DNA from: Candidatus Enterosoma merdigallinarum
GTDB lineage: Bacteria > Bacillota_I > Bacilli_A > RFN20 > CAG-288
DNA length: 64,000 nt
Assembly (NCBI GenBank): GCA_018714385.1
Contig: DVNL01000007.1
Span: 93,657-157,656, forward strand
Direction of reading: 5' to 3'
Made by a program: the position numbers and the translations under genes. The notes beneath the pieces are model-generated. The model did not search any database. It was not told the origin of the DNA and saw only the letters and a program-made list of their open reading frames with translations. Within the stretch, counting starts at the first letter, position 1; every line of letters starts with the position of its first letter. This document shows, in pieces, positions 34,981 to 43,183 of this stretch.

Positions 34981-36677
34981 CAGTTGGCCCTCCTGAGAGT
35001 AAGGACGGCGCTTCCGGAAGCCTCGTCGATGGACTTCACCGTGAAGGTGATGCCCAAGGCCGTGCCGCTGTCGAAGGCGAAATCCTTGTAGAAACCGGGG
35101 ACATCGCCTTGGTCGAAGGCATCCCCGGCGTGGAAGAGATCATCGTCGGAAAGGCTGACATTGAAATCCGTGATGTGACGGTTCATGCCTTTTTTGGAGA
35201 GGAGGGAGAGAAGAGGCTCCTTGTCCATGATGCCATACTCGCTAAGAGGGTTGACGGAAGAATTGGAGTGGCGATAGGCATAGCTGTATTTTTGCTGGCT
35301 CCCGTTTGCGGAGAGGTAGGTCGCCTCGTAGTCGGGCTCGCCGACATAGGGGACATACTGGTTCTCGCGGCCTCGGGCAAGGGTCGAATTGACCTCATAG
35401 ACGCGGATTCCGGCTTTGGAGAAGGTAGAACGGCCGTAGATGTAAGGCTCTTTGGCATCGGCCTGATTCAGGCCGGTAGGCGTATACAGGTCGACGAGAA
35501 GATATTCGCCATAGAGTCCGTCATCGGCATAGGAGAGGACGATCGGGCTTTCGGCGCTGACGGTGACATCGACGCCTTCGGCGGGAACGTTCTCGGGCGT
35601 GTAGACGCTGGGAGAGAGCCATCCCAATTGATATTTGCTGAAGGGGTTGTGGTCGCCGATATATCCGTCCATCCTATCGGTCATGGCAAGGGGGGCACGA
35701 TAGGTCTCGGTCGTGGAATTTCCCGTGAAGTCGTAATAGCTGTCCAGTCCCATCATGGCACCGACGAAATTGATGTAGAAGTGGGAATCCGGAATGAGAG
35801 GGATCTGCTCCAGTCCGTAGTGGATGATCGAGTAGTAGAGAGAGGCGAAGACGCTTGTCCAGGAGACGGAATTCACAGGGGCGGAGAGGGAGTCTTCAAA
35901 GAGAGAGGCGTCGGAGAGGAGAGCATCGTAGCTCGTGTCGCCCGTGGAAGAGATGCCGAACATCTGGTAGACGAGCAAAGAAAGCATCGGATTGACTAAG
36001 ACGATGCCGTCGATCTTTCCGTCGTCATCGCTGTCGAAATCGGCAGGATCATACGTCCTCGTCTCGTCGACGAAGAGATAGTCATAGACTTCGCTGGTGA
36101 CGCCGGAAAGGAATCCCGCCATCCCCTTGCTGCCGATCGTGGCGACGGCATCGTTGAGCGTCTCTTCGATTTCGACGACGGGAGTGGTGACACCGTCCAA
36201 GTGGAGATTGTATCCGCTCGATTCCTCATAGAATTCCTTGACGGAAGGGAAATCGGCGCCTTCTCCGAAGAAAGTGCCGTCGAGATTTTTGAGAAGCTGA
36301 TCATCGAAGACTTCACCGACGTCTTCCTGGTCGGAAAGCTGGACGGGAACGACCAGAAGATTGACATCGCCCAAAGAAGGCATGCCAGGCTTCCCTTGGG
36401 AAGCGTTGAGCCTGTTGAGGGCGCTTCTAGCCCCGATCGGATCTTTGACTTCCGGCTGTTTTGCGTCTTCCAAGGCGTCACTGCCCGGTGTCCAGGGTGT
36501 GCTGCTGGAAGAGGAGCTTCCCGGGGTGGAGGAACTGCTCACAGAGGAATTCGGCGTCGAAGGGGGCACGGTCGAAGTGCTGGAAGAGGGGCTGCTTTCC
36601 TGCCCTTGGCATCCGGCGAGAACCGCCAGACACAAAAGGAGAGAAGACAGTCCAATGGTTTTTTTCTTTTTTTCCAT
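34980..36677 (-). CDS. Lipoprotein: full-length paralogue of the M6-like protease with the HExxH motif destroyed (predicted pseudo-protease)
   Basis: Lipobox LAVLAG|C and Ser/Thr/Pro linker. Collinear with 28372-30594 (LLVVPVQLSD / LLVVPVILPG; DSDDDGKIDGIVLV / DSDDDGTVDGVWMV), but reads HFYINFVGAMMGLDSYYDF where the paralogue has HVVIHETGHMLGLMDYYSY. Start taken at ATG 36677 (MEKKKK, GGAG 5 nt upstream); the ORF-track start at 36692 is a TTG. Confidence 0.8.
   Translation of the reverse strand: MEKKKKTIGLSSLLLCLAVLAGCQGQESSPSSSTSTVPPSTPNSSVSSSSTPGSSSSSSTPWTPGSDALEDAKQPEVKDPIGARSALNRLNASQGKPGMPSLGDVNLLVVPVQLSDQEDVGEVFDDQLLKNLDGTFFGEGADFPSVKEFYEESSGYNLHLDGVTTPVVEIEETLNDAVATIGSKGMAGFLSGVTSEVYDYLFVDETRTYDPADFDSDDDGKIDGIVLVNPMLSLLVYQMFGISSTGDTSYDALLSDASLFEDSLSAPVNSVSWTSVFASLYYSIIHYGLEQIPLIPDSHFYINFVGAMMGLDSYYDFTGNSTTETYRAPLAMTDRMDGYIGDHNPFSKYQLGWLSPSVYTPENVPAEGVDVTVSAESPIVLSYADDGLYGEYLLVDLYTPTGLNQADAKEPYIYGRSTFSKAGIRVYEVNSTLARGRENQYVPYVGEPDYEATYLSANGSQQKYSYAYRHSNSSVNPLSEYGIMDKEPLLSLLSKKGMNRHITDFNVSLSDDDLFHAGDAFDQGDVPGFYKDFAFDSGTALGITFTVKSIDEASGSAVLTLRRAN
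36659..36673 (-). repeat. A7-G-A7 homopolymer pair directly after the start codon of the pseudo-protease lipoprotein gene
   Basis: Minus strand reads ATG G AAAAAAA G AAAAAAA CC (MEKKKKT). The plus strand shows T7 c T7 at 36659-36673. Confidence 0.9.
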
Positions 36678-36794
36678 AGAGTCTCCATTCAAAAAAGTTC
36701 GCGCCGATTATACAAGAAAGGGCAGAAAAAGGAAAAATAATAATTAAGGTTAGGGCCAAATGTCATGATGTAAGCGGTTATCCCGAGAGAATTG

Positions 36795-36823
36795 TAGACT
36801 TGATATTATCAATACACTATAAT
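36795..36823 (+). promoter_or_regulatory. Promoter of the Big_2 lipoprotein gene
   Basis: TAGACT (36795-36800), 17-nt spacer, TATAAT (36818-36823). Confidence 0.45.
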
Positions 36824-36852
36824 CCCGCTATCAGACTTTTAGGAGGAAACTC

Positions 36853-38436
36853 ATGAAAAAGATTCATAGAATCGCTTCTCTTGCCCTGCTTCTTTCCGGC
36901 ATCGGATTGGCTTCTTGCGGGAACGGCGCCTCTTCGTCTTCCGCCACACCAACGCCTGCCCCTTCCACGCCTGCTTCCAGCTCGTCTTCGCCGTCCACTC
37001 CTGCGCCCTCAAGTCCTTCTTCCCCCTCTTCTCCATCCTCCCCTTCGTCTCCCTCTTCCTCGACCCCGGAACCGGATCCGGGTCCGACTGTTCAGGAGCA
37101 GTTTGCCGACTTTGCCGATTATATCGTGACGGACGTTCTCTCCAAGGACATCCTGGAAGTCACGTTTTCCGAGACGAACACGCAAGACGGAATCAACAAC
37201 AGGGTTCGCACGAGCAAATTCGGTGTCGATGAGATCTATACGACGGTCGAAACAAAAGACGACAATTATCAATACGCCTCGATTCGAGATGGTGTCTATT
37301 ACACTGCAACGCTGTCCAATTCTGAAAGAAACGTTAGCAGACAAAAGATCTCGACTTCGACAGGAGCTGACACGATCACTCAGGAAGTCGCTGAGAACAC
37401 CTTGAATGCATACATGCAAATCGGATCGCTTGAAGGATCGGGCGTGTTCGATGTCTTCTATGGCGAAGAGGTCATTGCCGACACCTTCTCCGATGAGACG
37501 GATGGCGGTGTCCGCACGGTCACCATCGGCGCCTATGACGAATCCGGCGATGGTTTCAATTATTCCTATACGGCCATATTGGAACTTAACGAGGATGACG
37601 AGATTCTTTCTCTCACGTCCAGCACCCAGTGGGCTTTCGATGATTATTGGGACGATGCCACGCATAGTCCGATCGCCGGAAGCAAAGAGGCCTATAGTTC
37701 GCTTGTCGTCATCGAAGAAGGAGACATCGTCTTCGGCACTTATGATCCCGAGGCCCCCCTACTTTACGATTTCTCCGGCGATTTCATCACCAGCGTGGAA
37801 GCCTACGTCACGGCAGAAAGCACTGACATGGGCGGCGGATCTACCGGTGAAAGGAATGTTCTCCAGGTCGGAGATTATCCTTTGGTCCATGTTGAGTCTT
37901 ACCTTCCTGTCACGGCGATGGAAGACACTTCCAGCGTCGTGATCCTTTCTTCCAGCGACACGGGAGTCATCGGATACGATGACTTTGGCTCCTTCTATGC
38001 CAAAGGCATCGGCCATGCCACGTTGACTGTCGGCAATATCTTCAACGCGAACCTCGGCACGATCGAGGTCGAGGTCGTCGAGGCGTCCTCCGTCGACACG
38101 AACCCGCCGTCGATCGGATTCACCATTACGGGCGATGGGTATGAGGACGTTTATGATCAGAGCAATCCGGATCTGTGGGGACGTTTCACCATCAGTCTTG
38201 CCAATGGCCCTGTTGTCTTCCGGGCCGACACGATGACACCGCCTCCCTTCGACATCGAGGGTGACGAGATTTCGTCTCAAAATGCCGGCATTGCCACGGC
38301 GGTGTTCCAGAATCCGACCGATACCACGGGGATGTTCGTCGACATTGTCATCACTCCGGTCTCTGTCGGAAAGACCATCATCACGATTCCGTCAGCGATG
38401 GGTTCACATCAGTACGAAGTCGTCGTTGAAGCCTAA
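36853..38436 (+). CDS. Lipoprotein with long Ser/Pro linker and two Big_2-like Ig domains
   Basis: Lipobox GIGLAS|C. Linker SSSSATPTPAPSTPASSSSSPSTPAPSSPSSPSSPSSPSSPSSSTPEPDPGP. C-terminal Ig-like modules (SSSDTGVIGYDDFGSFYAKGIGHATLTVGN; GIATAVFQN...VSVGKTIITIP). AGGAGG SD, and a strong terminator downstream. Confidence 0.8.
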   Translation: MKKIHRIASLALLLSGIGLASCGNGASSSSATPTPAPSTPASSSSSPSTPAPSSPSSPSSPSSPSSPSSSTPEPDPGPTVQEQFADFADYIVTDVLSKDILEVTFSETNTQDGINNRVRTSKFGVDEIYTTVETKDDNYQYASIRDGVYYTATLSNSERNVSRQKISTSTGADTITQEVAENTLNAYMQIGSLEGSGVFDVFYGEEVIADTFSDETDGGVRTVTIGAYDESGDGFNYSYTAILELNEDDEILSLTSSTQWAFDDYWDDATHSPIAGSKEAYSSLVVIEEGDIVFGTYDPEAPLLYDFSGDFITSVEAYVTAESTDMGGGSTGERNVLQVGDYPLVHVESYLPVTAMEDTSSVVILSSSDTGVIGYDDFGSFYAKGIGHATLTVGNIFNANLGTIEVEVVEASSVDTNPPSIGFTITGDGYEDVYDQSNPDLWGRFTISLANGPVVFRADTMTPPPFDIEGDEISSQNAGIATAVFQNPTDTTGMFVDIVITPVSVGKTIITIPSAMGSHQYEVVVEA

Positions 38437-38441
38437 GAGTC

Positions 38442-38473
38442 AGCCGGTCCCGACGGGCCGGCTTTTTCTTTTT
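38442..38473 (+). terminator. Terminator after the Big_2 lipoprotein gene
   Basis: AGCCGGTCCC gac GGGCCGGCT followed by TTTTCTTTTT. Confidence 0.8.
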
Positions 38474-38495
38474 CTCACCTGTCAATATAAAAACA

Positions 38496-38524
38496 TTGAC
38501 ACCTGCCTCTTTTGGCGGTATATT
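38496..38524 (+). promoter_or_regulatory. Sigma-A-type promoter of rpsP-khpA-rimM-trmD
   Basis: TTGACA (38496-38501), 17-nt spacer, TATATT (38519-38524), right after a strong terminator. Confidence 0.6.
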
Positions 38525-38559
38525 CTTAGGGCCAATAATCATATCGGAGGATATTCAAC

Positions 38560-38856
38560 ATGGTCAAAATCAGACTTGCCAGAATCGGAAGAAAGGCTCT
38601 TCCTTCCTACAGAATCGTTGTCAGCGATTCCAGAAAGACCCCTCGTTCCGACAATCTCGCCGACCTCGGCTATTTCGATCCCAAGACCCACAACTTCAAC
38701 ATCGACGAAGAAGAGGCCCTCAAGTGGCTCAACCACGGTGCCATCCCCTCGGATTCCGTCAAGACTCTTCTGACGAAGAAGGGCATCTACAAGAAGTTCG
38801 TCGACGCCAAGATCGCTGCCAGGAAGGCCGCCAAGGCTAACAGCGAGGCGAAGTAA
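38560..38856 (+). CDS. rpsP: 30S ribosomal protein S16 (short Lys/Ala-rich tail)
   Basis: MVKIRLARIGRKALPSYRIVV start is canonical S16. GGAGG lies upstream. Confidence 0.95.
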   Translation: MVKIRLARIGRKALPSYRIVVSDSRKTPRSDNLADLGYFDPKTHNFNIDEEEALKWLNHGAIPSDSVKTLLTKKGIYKKFVDAKIAARKAAKANSEAK

Positions 38857-38858
38857 GA

Positions 38859-39176
38859 ATGAACACAGGAACTGATATCGATCTCACCCAAGATATCCGC
38901 TCCCTCGTCGAACCCCTTGTCAGCAATCCCGAGAAGGTCATCATCCAGAGAATGGACAAGCCCGAATATCGGACGCGCAGGGAACAGAACTATCTCATCC
39001 TTTGCGAGAAGGACGACTTGGGGAAGCTGATCGGACGTCATGGAGTCATTTCCGACTCCCTCAGGACCATCCTCAATGTTTCTATCAAGAACATGAGGAA
39101 GAAGGTCCATCTGCGCTTTGAGTCCTATAGCGACTACAAGGCCAGCCATCCGGATTTCGTCCCGGAGCAGGAATAA
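38859..39176 (+). CDS. khpA: KH-domain RNA-binding protein KhpA (YlqC/UPF0109)
   Basis: KH motif DDLGKLIGRHGVISDSLRTIL. Conserved position between rpsP and rimM. Confidence 0.85.
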   Translation: MNTGTDIDLTQDIRSLVEPLVSNPEKVIIQRMDKPEYRTRREQNYLILCEKDDLGKLIGRHGVISDSLRTILNVSIKNMRKKVHLRFESYSDYKASHPDFVPEQE

Positions 39177-39232
39177 CAGATGCGGAAGGGGGAGCCAAGC
39201 TCCCTCTTTCCTTTCGGAAAGGAAAAAAGACA

Positions 39233-39730
39233 ATGGCAATCAAGAACATCGGAAAAATCGTCAATACCTTCGGAATCAAGGGACAACTCAAGATTTCCAT
39301 CTCCACCTCGACACCGGAGACGCGATTTGCTGTAGGAAAGAAAATCCTCATCGATGATGAGACCGGGATCGAGAAGGAATACGTCATCTCCTCTTTCCGG
39401 ATGAAGGGAGACAGGATTGCCATCATCGGACTGGAAGGCTATGACGACATCAACGACATCGAATGGATGGTCGGCAGGATCGTCAAGGAAAACGTCCGGG
39501 CCCCGAAGGGGACTTTCTTCTACGACGACCTCGTCGGCATGGACATCGTCGACCATGAAGGGAACGTCTATGGAAAGGTCGAGACCGTCAACAAGATGCC
39601 GGCCGGCGACTATCTCGTCTCCGGAAAGTCCTATATCCCCTTCAAGGAGGGCATCTTCATCGAGTCCGTCGACAAGAAGGAGAAGAAGATCGTCCTGACG
39701 GCGCTTGGAAGCGAGGTTCTCGCGAGGTGA
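39233..39730 (+). CDS. rimM: 16S rRNA processing protein RimM
   Basis: IGKIVNTFGIKGQLKI N-terminal barrel and a PRC barrel (FYDDLVGMDIVDHEGNVYGKV). Confidence 0.9.
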   Translation: MAIKNIGKIVNTFGIKGQLKISISTSTPETRFAVGKKILIDDETGIEKEYVISSFRMKGDRIAIIGLEGYDDINDIEWMVGRIVKENVRAPKGTFFYDDLVGMDIVDHEGNVYGKVETVNKMPAGDYLVSGKSYIPFKEGIFIESVDKKEKKIVLTALGSEVLAR

Positions 39731-40512
39731 AAATCACCATATTGACGATCTTTCCGGACTTCTTCGACAAGTTTCTGGACTCCTCCATCGTCAAAAGAGC
39801 GATCGCCAAGGGCGTGGTCTCTTTCGAGATCGTCAATATCCGCGATTATTCCCTGGACAAAAACCATCGGGTGGACGATCATCCTTTCGGAGGCGGAGCA
39901 GGGCTTGTCATGCGGTTGGAACCCCTTGTCGGTGCCTTGAGAGCCCATTCTGGGAAAGACACCCACAAGATCTTTCTGGGGCCGAGAGGCAAGAGATATT
40001 CCCAGGAGGATGCCATCCGTCTGAGCTGGAAAGAGGACATTCTTTTGGTCTGCGGCCATTACGAAGGTGTCGACTCCCGTTTTCTGGACTATGTCGACGA
40101 GGAGATCTCCCTCGGCGACTTCGTCTTGACGGGAGGGGAAATCGCGGCAATGGCCGTTGCCGACAGCGTCACGAGGCTTCTCAAGGGAGCCATCAGCGAG
40201 GAGTCGACCAAAGAGGAGTCCTTCGACGGCTCGCTTCTGGAATACGATCAATACACCTATCCTGTCGAGTTCGAGGGGAAAAAGGTTCCGGATATTCTCT
40301 TCTGCGGAAACCATGAGGCCGTCAAGGAATATCGAAGGAAGGAAAGCCTTCGAATCACATATGAAAAAAGAAGGGACCTTTTCGACAGGGCCCCTTACGA
40401 TAGGAAAGACTACGAATATCTCCAGGAACTGAAGAAAGGGAAAAAGACTTTGTCCCGCCGCGAGAAAGACGCCTTGGAAAAAGGAAAACGCTTCGTCCCG
40501 GAGTCGGAGTGA
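39727..40512 (+). CDS. trmD: tRNA (guanine37-N1)-methyltransferase
   Basis: ILTIFPDFFD, DDHPFGGGAGLVM and a GRYEG-like CGHYEGVD. The GTG start at 39727 overlaps the rimM TGA. Confidence 0.95.
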   Translation: MKITILTIFPDFFDKFLDSSIVKRAIAKGVVSFEIVNIRDYSLDKNHRVDDHPFGGGAGLVMRLEPLVGALRAHSGKDTHKIFLGPRGKRYSQEDAIRLSWKEDILLVCGHYEGVDSRFLDYVDEEISLGDFVLTGGEIAAMAVADSVTRLLKGAISEESTKEESFDGSLLEYDQYTYPVEFEGKKVPDILFCGNHEAVKEYRRKESLRITYEKRRDLFDRAPYDRKDYEYLQELKKGKKTLSRREKDALEKGKRFVPESE

Positions 40513-40514
40513 GC

Positions 40515-41021
40515 TTACTTTTCGCTCTTTTGGAAGGCTTCCTTGGGATTGATGCGGAATGTCAAGTCGCGCAGGACGATGTCTTCCGTCTTTCCGGCGA
40601 TCCCGGTCGATAAAGTCACCGTGTCGATGGACGTGAAGCCGAGGCGGTGATAGAGTTTCAATGCCCGGACGTTGTTCGGTGAAACCTCGATCTGCACTCT
40701 CTCGTTGTCTTTTGCCAAGACCATCTTCTTGATTTCTTCGATGGCGAAGGTCGCCAGGCCCTTTCCCCGGAAGGCTTTGTCGATATAGAGATATTCGATG
40801 TTGTTGAGATAGCCGTACTTTTCATTCACATAGATGAAGCCGGCGATGTCATCGCCGTGACAGACGAGCCTTCCGATCCCTTTCGGATCGAGCATGCGGC
40901 GGATGTCCTCCAGGACATCGCTTTCGCTCGGCGAACAAAGCTGACTCTTCCAGAAAGCCATCAAAAGCTCGGAAAGACGGGAAATGTCCCTCAATTCGAT
41001 TTTTCTCAAAGTGTTTTTCAT
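40515..41021 (-). CDS. GNAT-family N-acetyltransferase
   Basis: Motif A YIDKAFRGKGLATFAIEEI and RALKLYHRLGF. Its stop is 2 nt from the convergent trmD stop. No SD; an extended -10 lies 9 nt upstream of the ATG. Confidence 0.85.
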   Translation of the reverse strand: MKNTLRKIELRDISRLSELLMAFWKSQLCSPSESDVLEDIRRMLDPKGIGRLVCHGDDIAGFIYVNEKYGYLNNIEYLYIDKAFRGKGLATFAIEEIKKMVLAKDNERVQIEVSPNNVRALKLYHRLGFTSIDTVTLSTGIAGKTEDIVLRDLTFRINPKEAFQKSEK

Positions 41022-41030
41022 ACTATATTA

Positions 41031-41039
41031 ATTTTATCA
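41031..41039 (-). promoter_or_regulatory. Extended -10 element 9 nt upstream of the GNAT ATG (leaderless candidate)
   Basis: Minus strand TGaTAAAAT, then taatatagt, then ATG 41021. No SD. Confidence 0.4.
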
Positions 41040-41094
41040 TAAAAGAGTACAAAATACTATTTTTGGAAATCGGCACTGCGCCTAGTAGAAAAGA

Positions 41095-41123
41095 TTGAAA
41101 AGTCACTAAGCCGAGTGTAGACT
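41095..41123 (+). promoter_or_regulatory. Candidate promoter of the ABC pair
   Basis: TTGAAA (41095-41100), 17-nt spacer, TAGACT (41118-41123). Confidence 0.4.
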
Positions 41124-41152
41124 TCTCAATAAAAAGGAGTTATGCAATCTAT

Positions 41153-43183
41153 ATGGAAGCAAGTCAAGTGTCTTCTAGAGGTGGATATGCAAAAAGCAGT
41201 AAGGGCTCTATTGAAATTTCTTTGGTGGACTTTGGTGTCCATTTCGACAGTCGGCCTCTTTTGACGGACATCAGCTTCGAATTTCATGGACCGAGCCTCT
41301 ATGTTTTGACAGGAAAGAACGGATCCGGAAAGAGCACTCTTCTTTCTGTCCTTTCGGGCCAGAATGCCCATTATACCGGAACGATGCTTGTCAACGGGCG
41401 GAAGATCGATGCTCGGAATCGCGAAGGCTATGCCATCGATGACGTCTCCTATTTGACCCAGGACAGCATCGTGTTCGATGATCTCACGATAGTGGACAAT
41501 GTCTTGCTTCCTTATGCCAAGAAAGACAGAAAGAAAGCCGAGGAAATCCTGAAAAAGCTTTGTCTGGAAAATGTCCTTGATTCGCAAGCCTCCTCTCTTT
41601 CAGAGGGCGAGAAGCAGCGCGTGGCTTTTGCCCGTCTTCTTTATGATCCAAAGCCGATAGTTCTTCTTGACGAGATCACGACCGCATTGGATAAGGACAA
41701 TGTGGCAATTCTTTTGAAAGCGGTCGCCGAATTGGCTGAGAATCACTTGGTGATTTTTGTCACGCACGAAGATTTTGTGAAACAGTTAGACACCCAATAT
41801 ATTGAGATTCACATTGAAAAAGAGAAATTAGTATCTTCTAGCGAAAACAACAAGTCGGTTGCTTATGATATGCCAATTAAACATCAGAAGAATTCTCTGT
41901 TTTCGTTCCTGGGGACTTTCTTTAAGGCGGATCGTTTTCTTTACCTTGTCTCTTTTGTCTTTGGGATTCTGTTCACCCTTTTGACGATTCTGAGTGATTC
42001 CTTCAGCGCCACGTTCCGCCCCATTCTCAATGGCTATTCCCCTGTCCAACAGGCCGTGCTCCGGAATTATATCGAGACCTTTCCCGCCTATTCTTTGAAT
42101 CGGCCAGTTGCAGCGATTCGACCGGAAGCGGATGAGGGGACCTGTTTTTCCTATCGCGGCGATTCCTTCTTTTCCTCACATTTGGATGATGGGATTGGCA
42201 TCGGTTCCATGGTCAGTGGTGTCCTCTATGTCTCGGGCAGAGAAGACATCGACCGTCTCCATGTGGAGCTTGCCGATGTCGGAGACGAGAGAAATCGTTT
42301 TCCTTCGGCGATGGGAGAATCCCTTATTTCCGATGTCTGCTTTGCTCGGCTTCTTGCACAGTGGATGAAGGAGGATTCTTTGACGGAAGAAGAAGCCGTC
42401 GATCGTTTCTTTTCGGAACCTTTTGCCTTGGATGGCATGGCTTCTCTTTCTCCTGTCATGACAGTGATCGGTGTCTATCGCACCTTCGGCAAGACGGAGG
42501 CCCCTGAACATTTTTTGCAGAGAACGGACGGCAAGGTCTGTGACATCAATCTTCGTGGCTGCTATCTTTTCGGGACGGAGACCTTGATCGGAATCAGCGA
42601 TGCCGATATCAGCTCTTGCCTTCTTCTTGCGACGGAGCACAATAGGACGATTCCGACGATCGAGATGGTTTCCTCGGGACTTTATTCCGAATTGGACGGA
42701 AGCGGCTACTTCTCCCCGCTCCTTTTGGACAGAGACGGGACTGCGGCTTTCGACGGATACAGCTTTCGTGCCGAGTCGTTTACCAACAATCTTTACCTTC
42801 TTTCAGCCTTCATTTTGTCCCTTGACATCGTCTTGATCGCCTCCCTCTATGTCCGGAACAGGAGACAGTTCATTCTCTACCGCGTCGTCGGGTTCTCGAG
42901 ATCGATCCTGAACAGAGCATCGATCGGCCTTTTTGTCCTCTTTATCTTGTCTGGTCTATCCATCGGATATGTTCTTGGAAGTGTCGGCGTTGCTATCCTG
43001 GATATCCTTCTGACCTCGTCCACCTTGCTGCCTTTTTCCGGCCTTTTAGTGTTCACTCCGCTTTCTTTCCTTCTGCCCCTTGCCGTCTCCCTCTGTGCTA
43101 TCTTGCTATATTCTGCCATCGTCCTTTCGGCTCTTTGCCCGAAAGACCTCTCCCGGAAATTGCTGGAGATCCGTCGCAAATGA
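41153..43183 (+). CDS. Fused ABC ATPase + FtsX-type 4-TM permease with about 270-aa extracytoplasmic domain (MacB-like, type VII ABC), subunit 1
   Basis: Walker A GKNGSGKST, signature LSEGEKQRV, Walker B VLLDEITTALD, H-loop VTHED. Then TM1, a long hydrophilic loop and three C-terminal TM helices. Start uncertain: the AAGGAG is 13 nt from ATG 41153. Confidence 0.85.
   Translation: MEASQVSSRGGYAKSSKGSIEISLVDFGVHFDSRPLLTDISFEFHGPSLYVLTGKNGSGKSTLLSVLSGQNAHYTGTMLVNGRKIDARNREGYAIDDVSYLTQDSIVFDDLTIVDNVLLPYAKKDRKKAEEILKKLCLENVLDSQASSLSEGEKQRVAFARLLYDPKPIVLLDEITTALDKDNVAILLKAVAELAENHLVIFVTHEDFVKQLDTQYIEIHIEKEKLVSSSENNKSVAYDMPIKHQKNSLFSFLGTFFKADRFLYLVSFVFGILFTLLTILSDSFSATFRPILNGYSPVQQAVLRNYIETFPAYSLNRPVAAIRPEADEGTCFSYRGDSFFSSHLDDGIGIGSMVSGVLYVSGREDIDRLHVELADVGDERNRFPSAMGESLISDVCFARLLAQWMKEDSLTEEEAVDRFFSEPFALDGMASLSPVMTVIGVYRTFGKTEAPEHFLQRTDGKVCDINLRGCYLFGTETLIGISDADISSCLLLATEHNRTIPTIEMVSSGLYSELDGSGYFSPLLLDRDGTAAFDGYSFRAESFTNNLYLLSAFILSLDIVLIASLYVRNRRQFILYRVVGFSRSILNRASIGLFVLFILSGLSIGYVLGSVGVAILDILLTSSTLLPFSGLLVFTPLSFLLPLAVSLCAILLYSAIVLSALCPKDLSRKLLEIRRK

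Noticed and set aside
41142-41264. 40-codon upstream ORF (MQSIWKQVKCLLEVDMQK…) overlapping the start of ABC subunit 1 in another frame; its ATG is 2 nt from the AAGGAG.
   Set aside because: The SD spacing is too short and the sequence has no features. It is most likely a by-product of the ABC gene 5' end. It does leave the exact ABC start (41153) somewhat uncertain.
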